DNA of 64,000 nucleotides from Fonticula alba ATCC 38817 (Eukaryota; Protista; Nucleariida): the NCBI GenBank assembly GCA_000388065.2, contig KB932205.1; one strand, given 5' to 3'. The notes under the pieces were generated by a model that saw only the letters and a program-made list of their open reading frames with translations, was not told the DNA's origin and did no database searches. Below, in pieces: positions 25,676-36,805 of this stretch. Position 1 is the first letter of the stretch, and every line of letters begins with the position of its first letter. The translations under genes were made by a program, and so were the position numbers.

Positions 25676-25682
25676 TATAAAA
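25676..25682 (+). promoter_or_regulatory. Possible TATA box upstream of the RPL30 transcription unit
   Basis: TATAAAA sits in a GC-rich context about 1 kb upstream of the RPL30 ATG. A 5'UTR intron acceptor ends at 26723. Confidence 0.25.
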
Positions 25683-26046
25683 GGCTCGGCCCTGCGGGCA
25701 TCGCCCCATGAGTGCGGCCTCAAGGTTTTGTGGTTTTTTTTTCATCATCATATAAACCAAGGTACTTCTTCCTCTCCCCCTCTTTGATTCCTCCCCCCTC
25801 CCCCCCCCCTGGCCGGTGCTTGTGTGTATGCCGATGCATGACGTCCATTCCTGAGAAGACGACGGTTGTCCATTGCCACCTTCTGTCCCTTCGCGCATTG
25901 GCTGTGCCCGCTCTCCCTCTGCTCGCTCCTCCCTGTCCCCGTGTCCCGGGGCCTGGGTGGCGTGGGCCGAGGGGCTGCGCAGCCGTTGTGTGACGCGGAA
26001 GAGAAGAGAGCAAGAGGGCCCCCGGAGTTGGAGGTTGGTCGCCCCT

Positions 26047-26374
26047 GGCGTGTGATGGTTTCTCCTCCCCATATGTGGGGGGTGTGGAGCCAGATGATGA
26101 AGCCGTCCCTCAAGGGGGCGACTCTCTTCTGCGCGTCCGCCACGCACGCCCTCATGCCTCCCCCTGGCTTCACCCCTGTCACCGACGCCCGACGTCCTCT
26201 AGATCGGAAGAGCGTCGTGTGGCGTGTGATGGTTTCTCCTCCCCATATGTGGGGGGTGTGGAGCCAGATGATGAAGCCGTCCCTCAAGGGGGCGACTCTC
26301 TTCTGCGCGTCCGCCACGCACGCCCTCATGCCTCCCCCTGGCTTCACCCCTGTCACCGACGCCCGACGTCCTCT
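26047..26374. other. Assembly artifact: 154-bp duplication joined by Illumina adapter sequence
   Basis: 26047-26200 is repeated at 26221-26374. The 20-nt spacer is AGATCGGAAGAGCGTCGTGT, the Illumina TruSeq adapter start. Confidence 0.93.
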
Positions 26375-26729
26375 TCTCCCCCTTCTTCGCTCGACTGTCT
26401 GCGTCTTTCTCGGCACCCATCTCGTCCCTCCCCCTTTTCGGCGGGGGGCCGCCGGGACGGGGCGAGAGGCCAGACTGCCCGAGCGAAGAGAGCCGCGGGG
26501 TCCATGTTGAGAGAGAAAAAGCATCCAAGCCATAATTGAAGGCATCTCTTCTCCTTCCACCATGCACCATGCACACGCCGCGCCCCTCTCTCTCCCTCTC
26601 CCTTCCCGTCTCCATCCTTCCCCCCTCTCGGCACACGCCGTGACATCTTGCTCTTGCTCTCATTGCTCACCTCATTGCTCCGTCTCTCTCTCTCCCTCTC
26701 TCCCTTCTCCCCCCTCCCCGCAGGTAAAC

Positions 26730-27059
26730 ATGTCCTCCTCCAAGAAGAAGAGCAAGTCCGCGGACTCCCTGACTTCCCAGCTCAACCTGGTCATGAAGTC
26801 CGGCAAGTACTCCATCGGCCACAAGTCCACCGTCAAGACCCTGCGCACTGGTAAGGCCAAGCTCCTGCTCATCGCCTCCAACTGCCCCCCCCTCCGTCGC
26901 TCTGAGCTTGAGTACATTGCCATGCTCTCCAAGACCAACGTCCACCACTTCCCCGGCAACAACATCGAGCTCGGTACCGCTTGCGGTAAGTTCTTCCGCG
27001 TCTCCGTCATGTCCATCACCGACGCCGGCGACTCCGACATCATCCCCAGCTCCAACTAA
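26730..27059 (+). CDS. RPL30: 60S ribosomal protein L30 (eL30)
   Basis: [30 protein letters not shown]...[26 protein letters not shown]...[16 protein letters not shown]...DAGDSDII. The CDS is intronless. Confidence 0.97.
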   Translation: MSSSKKKSKSADSLTSQLNLVMKSGKYSIGHKSTVKTLRTGKAKLLLIASNCPPLRRSELEYIAMLSKTNVHHFPGNNIELGTACGKFFRVSVMSITDAGDSDIIPSSN

Positions 27060-28126
27060 GCGCGTGCTCCTCTCTGTGTCACGCCTTGTGCTGTGCCATG
27101 GTGACGCTGCTTCCTTGAGTGTGTGAGCCGGCGCCCCCCCCCCCTTCCTCCCTCCCCGCTTCTCCCTCTCCTTCCTTCCTTCCGGCAACGGTCGGTGTCG
27201 GGGAGAGAGTCGCGCCTGTGGGAGGAGTGGAGTCCCCTCTCTCTCTCTCTCCCCCTTCTCTCGGGGTAGGGTGTGAATGGGGCGTCTGTGTTCCCCTTGG
27301 TGTGCATGCATCTCCCTCGCGCATGTGGCGCTTCTTTTTCCCCCCTGCCTGTGTGTCCACGCATGCAGAAAAATAAAAAAAACGCCGCGCGCGATGCCTC
27401 ACCCCCCTTCCGCATATTATTCTATCCCACTCTTTTTGCTCTCTCCTCTCCTCCGGTCGTGACTTTTGGGGGAGACACTGTAACGTGTGGCATCACATGT
27501 TGCAAGTCAGATTCAGGAGTATGTGTAGGCTTCATCCCTGCAATGTATTCCCATATCTTGCGCCTCAGTCTGCGGATTCGCTCCTTATGATATACCAAAT
27601 CCGCCTCTCTCTCCTCGGTCATACACGGTCTCTGGGATCACCCCCTCATCTTTGACCTCGGCCCACAGCCAGTTCAGACACACTCCCTCGTGTGCGCATG
27701 CTGCGCGCGCGGTCCTTCCCGCATTTTTTCTGCCGCGCACGCGCCGGGCCCGCCACTCTCTCCCGGGAGGGGCGGTCTGTGTGGGGGGGGGGGCACGCAT
27801 ATTGGTGCGAACGTCGCCGGTCGCATGGGGGGGGGGGGGGGGGCGGGGGCCGGGAGCGACGTCGGGGGGGCGCGCCCTCGGGGTCCGGAGGAGAGCGGGG
27901 CATGGCTCAGGTTCTGTTTCTTCAGCGTATATCGCGTGATTCGGATATAACGACTTTATGAACCATTCCTCTTGGTCTCACAGTGCCGCACGGTGCGCGC
28001 GGAGGGGCCTTCGCACCCACCAAATCGTGCGAGATCTGCCCGAACGTGCCTGGGATGTCTCTCCCCCGCCGCTTTTGCCGCGGAAGGCGTGCTTTTTTTT
28101 TCTGCCCCCATGCCCTTCGCGGAGAC

Positions 28127-29627
28127 ATGGCCAGCAAGGAAAATGCCTCCCCTTTCCCCTCTTCCTCCTCCTTCTCCTCTTCCTCCTCCATCCTGGCCCG
28201 GGTCGGCTCCCGACGCACCTCCGCGGGCACACGGCCATACACCCACGCCCACACCCACACCCACACCCACATCCCCTTGTCCGCACATCCAGCATGCCCC
28301 CCGATGACGCCTCAATGTCACGGCGAACGCTCGAGTGTGACCGCCCCACCCTGGACCGCTTTTTCGAGGCCCTCCACCAGGCGGCCCTGGGGCATTTGGA
28401 TGACTTTCTGAAGGCCTCGGCGGATCCGGCACGCCCCGGGGGCGCTGGTGCCCCTGCCACGGGCACCGGGCTCCCGCCGGGAGCCGGGCGTCGCGGCGCA
28501 GCCACCACCGCCTCAGCCGCCCGGCGCCAGCGCCTCCTGGAATCGGCCACCAGCCGGCACTTGGCACGCGCCGTCCGTGCCGGGACCCTGCCGATGCTCC
28601 GGCTGGAGGGATCGGCCACGGATCCGGACGGCTCGGCCGTGGCCGGGGCCTACCAATTGCCGGAGTGCTTTGCTCCGGTGGTCGGGCCGCGTGCGACGGG
28701 CGCCGCCCTGGCCGAGGGCGAGGCCGCGGCCACCGCCGGTGCCCTTGCTGCCGGTGCGACGAATGTGTCGACCGGAGCGGCGGCCGCCGACGCGCCGGGC
28801 TCCGGTCCCGCGGCCTTGCTGCCGGAGGAGCCGTTCGACACGTCGGCTCTGGCCCGGCTGACCATGGCCCAGAACACCTGGCGCGCGCTGGTGGCTGATA
28901 TTGCCCCGCGGCGGTCGGCGCGCCTGAGCGACATCGACTCGCGCTTGAAGCTGGCTTTGGGTCGAGCGCGGAACTTCGGCCTGCCATTGCCGCTGGCCGC
29001 GGCCTCGGGGCCTGGTGGGGCGAGTCCACTGCTGCTGGGGCAGTGGCTGGCCGCCAGTCACAGCCGACTGGGCCACGCCGAGAGGCGCCTGGCCAGGGCG
29101 CGGGCTCGCGTATGTGCGGCCAAGCGTGCGGCGTTCATCCGCCGCCTGGGTGCCGAGCGTGCTGCCTTTTCGACGCTGAGTGCGTTGCCTTGCTCTTGCA
29201 CTCCTCTTGCCTTGATGTCCACCCGCCGCGCTACTCGCTCCTGAGGGGCCTTTTTTGCCCTCCTCGGTGTCCCTCGGCCCCCGAGCAGAGTGGGATCCGC
29301 CATTGGCATGGGTTACTGACATTTGTGCGCCCCTTAGACGAGGGTGAGCTCCTGAAATTGGCCGAGTCCTCGGCGACCACACTGCATGAACTCAAAACGG
29401 TGCGTGCAATGGCCTCGGCCTGATCTGTAGCCACAGGATGAGGGAGGAGCAGCGGGGGGCGAGGAGCAGTAAACACCCGACGCCAGGCGCACAAGGGCGC
29501 AGGCGTGTGTGTGTGTGTGTATCGCTGGCTAACTGTCCAGGGGTGCTTCCTCCTTTTTCGTGCGCAGTCCCTGCCGGAAATCAATCAACATCTACAGGAC
29601 ACCATCCAGGTGCTGAGCAGCGGCAGC

Positions 29628-29658
<31 letters not shown>

Positions 29659-29720
29659 GGGGCGATCGGCCTGCGGCGCCGACTGGCGCGGCGTCCCATG
29701 ATCACGGGGGGATATTGTAA
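28127..29720 (+). CDS. Putative kinetochore MIS12/MIND complex subunit Nsl1/Mis14-like; multi-exon, start uncertain (28127 or 28294)
   Basis: RQRLLESATSRHLARAVRAGTLPMLRLEG and EEPFDTSALARLTMAQNTWRALVADIAPRR resemble fungal Mis14/Nsl1 segments (...PNISING; EPFD..L..RV......VA..RR). Later exons read DEGELLKLAESSATTLHELKT and SLPEINQHLQDTIQVL. Recognised from memory only. Confidence 0.45.
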
Positions 29721-30082
29721 TGCGGGAGGAAACGCAAATCACATGTGGTCCCAATGGATTGATCTGTCTGGTTCCGCCTCGGGCAGACGGTGGAGGGGCG
29801 GGAGGGGGGGGGGGGGGGCGGGGGTGGTCATCAGCACGCACTGCTATTTGCTCCTGCTGGTCTTGGTTCTTCCCCTTTTCGCCCACCTCACCTTGGTGAT
29901 GCGCGCACGGGCGAAAGAAAAAAGAAAAAAGAAAGGCACCCTGGGCCACCTGGCGCTGTGAGGCGGGGGGGGGGGGGGGGCTCTGGGGGCCATTTTTCGC
30001 ATGGGAAGGCCGTGTCCGCGCGTGTGCCCCGTGGCGCGGGTGGTCGGTGGCATCTGGCCCCCTGGGCAGGCGGCCTATCGAC

Positions 30083-30095
30083 TTCTGGAATATTC
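30083..30095. promoter_or_regulatory. Perfect three-unit heat-shock-element-like motif (TTCnnGAAnnTTC)
   Basis: Sequence TTCTGGAATATTC lies about 2.8 kb upstream of the HSP70 ATG. It could be a chance match. Confidence 0.25.
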
Positions 30096-32470
30096 CTCGA
30101 CTTGAGGCGAGAGTGATGCATTCGTCCTTTCTCCGGGGGGGGGAGGGGAGGGGCCCGGCCCACCGTCCAGCGGCGGCCAGGCACGCGGGCAATAGGCGCC
30201 GGTCGGGGCCGCGGTTGGCAGGGCCAGGGCGCGCGGGCGCCGCCTCTTGGTTTCATCAAAAAATGGCATCATTGGAGGGGGGGGGGGGGGGGGGGGGGAG
30301 GCGGGACGAGAGAGGGGACAGGACAATCCTCCGGCCGGATCGGGGAATTTGGTCAGGACTGATAGCCGAAGATTCGAAGGTGCCAGAAGTCCTTCGATTG
30401 GTGGGGTTAGGTCAGGGTACTCCTCGTGGGTGTGGCCCGACGGCAGCCGCTGGTAAACCCTAGCTTGGTCGCCGGCGGCGGAGGAACGGACGGCGGAGGC
30501 GGGGAGTACGACCGCAAGCGGCCCTGAGTATGGCCCTCTACCTTCCTCCCCTCCGCCCGGACCTGCAGGGGGGACGGGGGGAACCAATGTTTGTGCGGCG
30601 TTGGGCGGCTGTTTGGCTGGGCGGTGTGCCCTCATGAAAGTCCGTCGACCTTCACTTGTAGGGGCGTGCGCGCCTGTGAAGACCCGAGGCATGCGGCGCC
30701 TCGTGCGTGCCCGGCCCATTGCCCCCCTCCCCGGAGAGGCGCGCGACCGACCCTCTCGGCTGGTGTGTGCATTTGGATGCCGAGGTGTCAATGTTGCCAT
30801 GATGGGCGTCTCCCGCGGCCCGGGCGCGGCAGCAGGGGGGGGGAGGGGGGGGGGCGACGGGGCCGGGGCACCCTCGGTGCCGGCGCACACCGCCGAGCGG
30901 CGGGAAAACCACCCCCCCCCCCCCCCCCGCGAAGAAGAGACGCTCGAGCGCCGTTCGTACTGTCCACCTCCGCGGGCACTCCGTCCGGGGCGACTGCCGC
31001 CTGTCCGCGCACGGACGCCGACGTGCGCGCACATGCGTGCACCCCCCCTCCGCCTGCTGGAGAGAGGACGTAGAGAGAAGGCCATGCTGTCGTGAGAAAG
31101 TGCCGCCTTCGGCGCGCTGGCAGTGCGCGCTTTAGAGCGGGAGCCGGCAGCATGGCCGGCGGTAGCCGGTTCCCGGGAGAAGGGGGGTCTTGGGTGGGGC
31201 GAACCCGCCCGGCCCACGCCGCCGGACGCGGGGCCCTTCTCCGCATGATGCGACTGGCTCCGCCCCCTCTGTGCGCGCGGAGAAGACGGCATGCTCGCGG
31301 TGGGACCAGCATGCATGGGGGTGCGTCCGGCGGCGCGCGGGCGGGGGGAGGTACCGACGCCACGAGGTGGGGCAGCGACGCGCGTGTGTCCCCGGCCCCC
31401 CCCCCCCCGCTCCGGGCCCCATAGCGACTAGAGAGGCGGGACAGGCGAGGCGGGACAGGAGAGATGGACATACTGGCCGTGTTGGCGCGGCAAGATGCCG
31501 CCGGCTCCGGGCGCCGGAGGGAGGGGGGCCGTAGGTGCAGACAATCATATAATGTCCCTTTTGCCGGGCTTTTCGCGAGCCGTCTAGTACGGACGGGTGC
31601 CTTCTCCAAGGCCCTCGCGCGCCCCCCGCTCCCCCCCCCCCCCCCCCCCCCCCGGAGCCCCCGCCAGGGGGGTGCGGAGAAGTCGCGCTCCCCCCTGCAG
31701 GCACTCGTGGCGACTCGAGGCTGCTAGAGACTTCCGTGGCACAGGGGCCGGTCGGGGGCTCGCAGGCTCTCGCGAATTCTAGCATGTGCACCAGGGCCCC
31801 AGGGCATATGTGTGTGCTTCTCTCTCTCTCTCTCTCTCCCTCCCTCTCCCCGCCGAACGAGCGCCGGGGCGCACGGCCCTGGCTGCGCAACACTTGCGCC
31901 TGCGGGCCTCCGCCCCCTGCTGCCGGCCTGTGTCATGTCCGCCGACGGCGCCCCTCCACTGTCGGGGGCAGAAGCCTCGGGGCGCGCGTGGGGGCCGCGG
32001 AGAGCAGGGCGCGGGGGAGGGGGGGCGCGGGCTCTCCGGGGTGCGCATGTGGTCGGGCGAAAGGCTCACGCGGCTGCATCTAACCCTCCGCGCTTTTAGA
32101 ATGACCCAGAGCTTTCCTGCCCGCCCCTCCGGGAGGGAGCCAGGCCCGCGCGGCCCGGCCCGGCCTGGCGGCTGGGGCGGGGCCGGGGGGGCGCGGGGGG
32201 CCTGCGGGACAGCGGCAGCCACAGAGCGCAGGCCAACCTGCCTGCCCCTTACCAACCTGCGGTCCCTCTTCCCGGGCCCGGGCCTGGGGCGTCTCGTGTG
32301 TGTGTGCGCGTACATGCTGTGCCCTGCCAGTCATTGTGCCGGGACGCGCGCGCACGGGCGCCGATGCGTCTGTTGGGCAGCGTGGCCTCCCCACCCCGGC
32401 CGGACCATGGTGCTGCGGTCCCCGGGGCGGTGCCGTCGTGTTGGGCGCGCCCTCCCTCTCTTCCGCTCGT

Positions 32471-32502
<32 letters not shown>

Positions 32503-32671
32503 GGGCCTGGGTGCCTTCGGGTCGGCGTCAGCCTGTGCGCGAGCCCCCGCCCAGAGGGTGGGGCGGTACAGTGCGCCGGGACGGCTGTGCCCCCCCCCCC
32601 CGCCCCCCCGGGTCGGCAGTGCCGGCTTCTGGCCGTGGGGGGTAGCTGGGGTGTGTGCCGGGGCGGCGGCG

Positions 32672-32674
<3 letters not shown>

Positions 32675-32720
<46 letters not shown>
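32675..32720. repeat. Poly-G tract (46 nt) with G-quadruplex potential, upstream of the HSP70 TATA box
   Basis: Seen directly; flanked by GTGTGCCGGGG direct repeats. Confidence 0.85.
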
Positions 32721-32803
32721 CGTGTGCCGGGGTGTGCCGGGGCGGGGCGGCGGGCGGCCAGGCGGGCCCGGCGCAGGCGCGGTTCGCAGCAATGAATCGC
32801 GCA

Positions 32804-32813
32804 TATATATAAG
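32804..32813 (+). promoter_or_regulatory. TATA box of HSP70
   Basis: TATATATAAG lies about 110 nt upstream of the ATG in otherwise very GC-rich DNA. Confidence 0.6.
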
Positions 32814-32918
32814 ACGGCCACCGGCTGGTGGCCGGTCCGAGGCCGCCCCAACCCAGCCTTGCTTAGTTTTGTTTCCCTTGACACTCCTAGCCTGTCTGCT
32901 CCCTCCCCCCCCTCCACC

Positions 32919-33336
32919 ATGACTTCCTCCGCTGTCGGTATCGATCTTGGCACCACCTACTCCTGCGTTGGTGTCTGGCAGAACGATCGTGTTGAGATCA
33001 TTGCCAACGACCAGGGTAACCGCACCACCGCCTCGTACGTCGCCTTCACCGACTCCGAGCGTCTCATCGGTGATGCCGCCCGCAACCAGGTCGCCATGAA
33101 CCCGGAGAACACCGTCTTCGACGCCAAGCGCCTCATCGGTCGCAAGTTCTCCGACAAGGAGGTCCAGTCCGACATGAAGCACTGGCCCTTCAAGGTCATC
33201 GACAAGGACACCAAGCCCATCATCCAGGTCGAGTTCCGCGGTGAGGTCACCACCTTCACCCCGGAGGAGATCTCCTCCATGATTCTGGTCAAGATGAAGG
33301 AGACCGCCGAGTCCTACCTCGGTCGCGCCGTCACCG

Positions 33337-33371
<35 letters not shown>

Positions 33372-34856
33372 GCCCAGCGCCAGGCCACCAAGGATGCCGG
33401 TGCCATCGCTGGCCTGAACGTCCTGCGTATCATCAACGAGCCCACCGCCGCCGCCATTGCCTACGGTCTCGACAAGAAGGGCGAGGGCGAGATGAACGTC
33501 CTGATCTTCGATCTCGGTGGTGGTACCTTCGATGTGTCCCTCCTGACCATCGACGACGGTATCTTCGAGGTCAAGGCCACCGCTGGTGACACTCACCTCG
33601 GTGGTGAGGACTTCGACAACCGCCTGGTTGCCCACTTCCTGGATGAGTTCCGCCGCAAGCACAAGAAGGACCTGTCCGGCAACGCCCGTGCCCTGCGCCG
33701 TCTGCGCACCGCCTGCGAGCGTGCCAAGCGCGCCCTCTCTGCCTCTGCCCAGGCCTCCATCGAGATTGACTCTCTCTTCGAGGGTGTCGACTTCTACACC
33801 AACATCACCCGTGCCCGCTTCGAGGAGCTCTGCTCGGACCTCTTCCGTGGCACCCTGTCCCCGGTTGAGCGCGTCCTGTCCGACTCCAAGATGGACAAGT
33901 CCAAGGTCGATGAGATCGTCCTGGTCGGTGGTTCCACTCGTATTCCCCGTGTCCAGAAGCTCGTGTCCGACTTCTTCGGCGGCAAGGAGCCCTGCAAGTC
34001 CATCAACCCCGATGAGGCCGTCGCCTATGGTGCCGCCGTCCAGGCCGCCATTCTGACCGGTGTCACCTCCGAGAAGACCAAGGACCTGCTCCTGCTCGAT
34101 GTTGTCCCCCTGTCTCTGGGTCTGGAGACCGCCGGTGGCCTGATGACCACCCTGATCAAGCGCAACACCACCATCCCCACCAAGAAGACCGAGGTCTTCT
34201 CCACCTACTCCGACAACCAGACCGGTGTCCTGATCCAGGTGTACGAGGGTGAGCGCTCTCACACCGTCCACAACAACCTCCTCGGCAAGTTCGAGCTCGG
34301 CAACATCCCCCCCGCCCCCCGTGGTGTTCCCCAGATTGAGGTTTCCTTCGACATCGACTCCAACGGTATCCTGAACGTCTCCGCCGTCGACAAGTCCACC
34401 GGCCACTCCAACAAGATCACCATCACCAACGACAAGGGCCGCCTGTCCAAGGAGGAGATCGAGCGCATGATTGCCGACGCCGAGAAGTACGCCAAGGAGG
34501 ACGAGATCGCCCGCGAGCGCGTCCAGGCCAAGAACGACCTCGAGACCTTCGCCTACAACTTCCGCACCACCCTGTCCGACGACAACATCAAGGGCAAGCT
34601 CTCTGCCGAGGATGTTGCCTCCATCGAGAAGGCCGTCGACGAGACCATCGCCTGGCTCGACAACAACCAGGAGGCCGACAAGGAGGAGTACATCCACAAG
34701 CAGAAGGAGCTTGAGGCCATCACCAACCCCATCATGACCCGCCTGTACCAGTCCGCTGGTGGCGCTCCCGGTGGTGCTGGCTTCCCTGGTGGCTTCCCCG
34801 GCGCCGGTGCCGCTGGCGGCGACGCCTCCGGCCCCTCCGTCGAGGAGGTCGACTAA
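32919..34856 (+). CDS. HSP70: Cytosolic Hsp70/Hsc70, intronless
   Basis: Motifs [46 protein letters not shown] and [10 protein letters not shown] are present, with C-terminal GGFPG repeats and GPSVEEVD. Codon bias is strong. Confidence 0.99.
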
Positions 34857-35221
34857 GTAGTCGATCCACGACGCCGCGTGTGATGCCGTGTGCTCCCCCT
34901 CCCCCTCTTCCTCCCCCTCTCCCGCGCGCGCGCGCGCGCACCCCATGTGCATGGGGGCTGATCCCTCGGATTTCCCCCCTTCTCTCTACCCCCCGAGGCC
35001 CAGCGGCGGGGGGGGGGCGGTGGTGGTGGGAGCGGCGCGGAGCGCAGGGTGGTCCGGCCGGGCCCTGGCAAGTGGCCCCCTTCCCCTTCCTCCGATGCCG
35101 CCGCCGCGCCATGTGCTCACATTCGGTGTCCTCTCTCTCCCCCTCTCCCTGCACGCATCTTTCCTGTGTGTGGGGAGGGGCGGCCCCCCCCTCCACTTGT
35201 CAACCCCCCTCCTATCCTTGT

Positions 35222-35227
35222 AATAAA
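35222..35227 (+). terminator. Possible polyadenylation signal of HSP70
   Basis: AATAAA lies in an AT-rich patch about 365 nt after the stop codon. Confidence 0.35.
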
Positions 35228-35808
35228 TCTTTACAAAATTTCCTCCTTGTGTCTTTCTCCGGTTTCCTGTGTGTGTGTGTGCGCGAGGGAAGCCGATGGG
35301 GCTGCTGTCGTGCTTGCGCTGGCAGGGTGTTATGGGCGGGGGGAGGAGGGGCGCCCGTGTGTGCTCGTGTCACTCCCGCCTGGGTCGCGTGTTTTTCCGA
35401 TCCCCTTCGTCTGTGCGCGGCAGAGAGAGGGGCAAAAGCCGGCGAGACATGCCGAGTGCATTTGTTGCATGTGTGTGACGCTCATTTGTCGATACTTCTC
35501 TCTCTCGCTCGCTGGGGTGGGGGGGGGGATGCATGCGGGTGCTGGGCTCGGCCCTCTTTACTGTCATTTCTCTCCCCAGACACCGGGGGAGTTGTTCCCA
35601 CTTCCGCCATGGGGACGGGGCGGGGGGACGCACATGTGGGGCCTGATGGGAAAGACGCAGGAGACTGGCCCAGAGCCCGGCGACCCCCCCCCCAGCCCAC
35701 TTTTCTCCTCACAAGAAAGATCGGCAGGGGCGCATGGTCGGCGTGGTGGGACAATGCCCGCAGCACCCCTGTCTGGGACTTACGTGTGCATGGTTCTTCG
35801 TGTGTGTG

Positions 35809-35840
<32 letters not shown>

Positions 35841-36805
35841 GGTGGATGGGTGGACGGGTGGATGGGTGCGAGTGTGGCCTTCCTGTGTCCTCGGGATCGA
35901 GCCATGCATCCCTGAAGGCGCATTCCCCCAGCGGCTTGCTGAGTGCTCATTGCCGGCCCGCTGGCTAGATCACCGGTGGGATATGCCGGCCCTCGTGGCG
36001 CATCTCCCCCTTGGCAATGTCGAGAGGAATACAGCCGCACATCGGATCACAAGGGACCGGGGGGAAGTATATGTATATGTATTTATAGATTAGGAGTGGG
36101 GGCATGGTGGCCACGCACGAGGAAGAGGAGGAGGGGGGAAGGGGCAGGGGGAGAGGGGAAGAGGGGGAGGGGGAGAGAGGAAGGAAGGGGCGGCATGGGA
36201 GGCCGGGGCCCGACGGAAGGACTGAAGGGGGATGTGTGGGGATGTGTGGTTTGTGTGGCCGATCGGGCGGGACGACAGCAGGGAGGGGGTGGGGGAGTTA
36301 CGAAGTCGGGGGACTGAGGGGGGGAGGAATGTCGACAAGGAGAAATGGGGGAAGGGGGAAACGGGGCACACGACGTGTGGGCACGTGAATACCAACACAG
36401 AGGAGGGAGAGAGAGAGAGAGAGAGGGAGATAGAGAGCATGCACGCATGCGTGTGTATGTGTGTGTGTTCTTCTCAGGGCCGAGGGTGTGCCCTGTTGCT
36501 GCACCAGAGCCGCCGCGCTTCTCCCCCCCCCCCATGATAGAGGCAATACGAGCCGAAGGGGGCAGCAGAGGGGAGAATGCGGCCGCCTCAGCAGAGGAGA
36601 ACACACAGGGGGGAAGGTGTTGGCATGTAGAGACGGAGTTTGGAGAGGGGCCGAGGGGGAGGGGGGCGGGTATGTCGCCCACCCGCGCGCTGCAGCCCCC
36701 CCAGTGGTCGCGTTGGCGCGCCCCTCGCCCTCTGTGCAGAGAGAGAGAGAGAGAGCGGGCGGACAGCAAAAAGGAAAAGAAAAAGGGCAGGCCCCTCCCG
36801 CCCGC

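Noticed and set aside
26047-26374. Apparent 154-bp direct repeat with a unique 20-nt spacer (CRISPR-, LTR- or duplication-like), also containing a C-box-like ATGATGA
   Set aside because: The spacer is the Illumina adapter AGATCGGAAGAGCGTCGTGT, so this is a chimeric assembly artifact. No D box follows the ATGATGA.
32331-34952. 873-aa antisense ORF opposite HSP70
   Set aside because: This is the well-known shadow ORF on the antisense strand of strongly codon-biased hsp70/dnaK genes. It has no independent domain.
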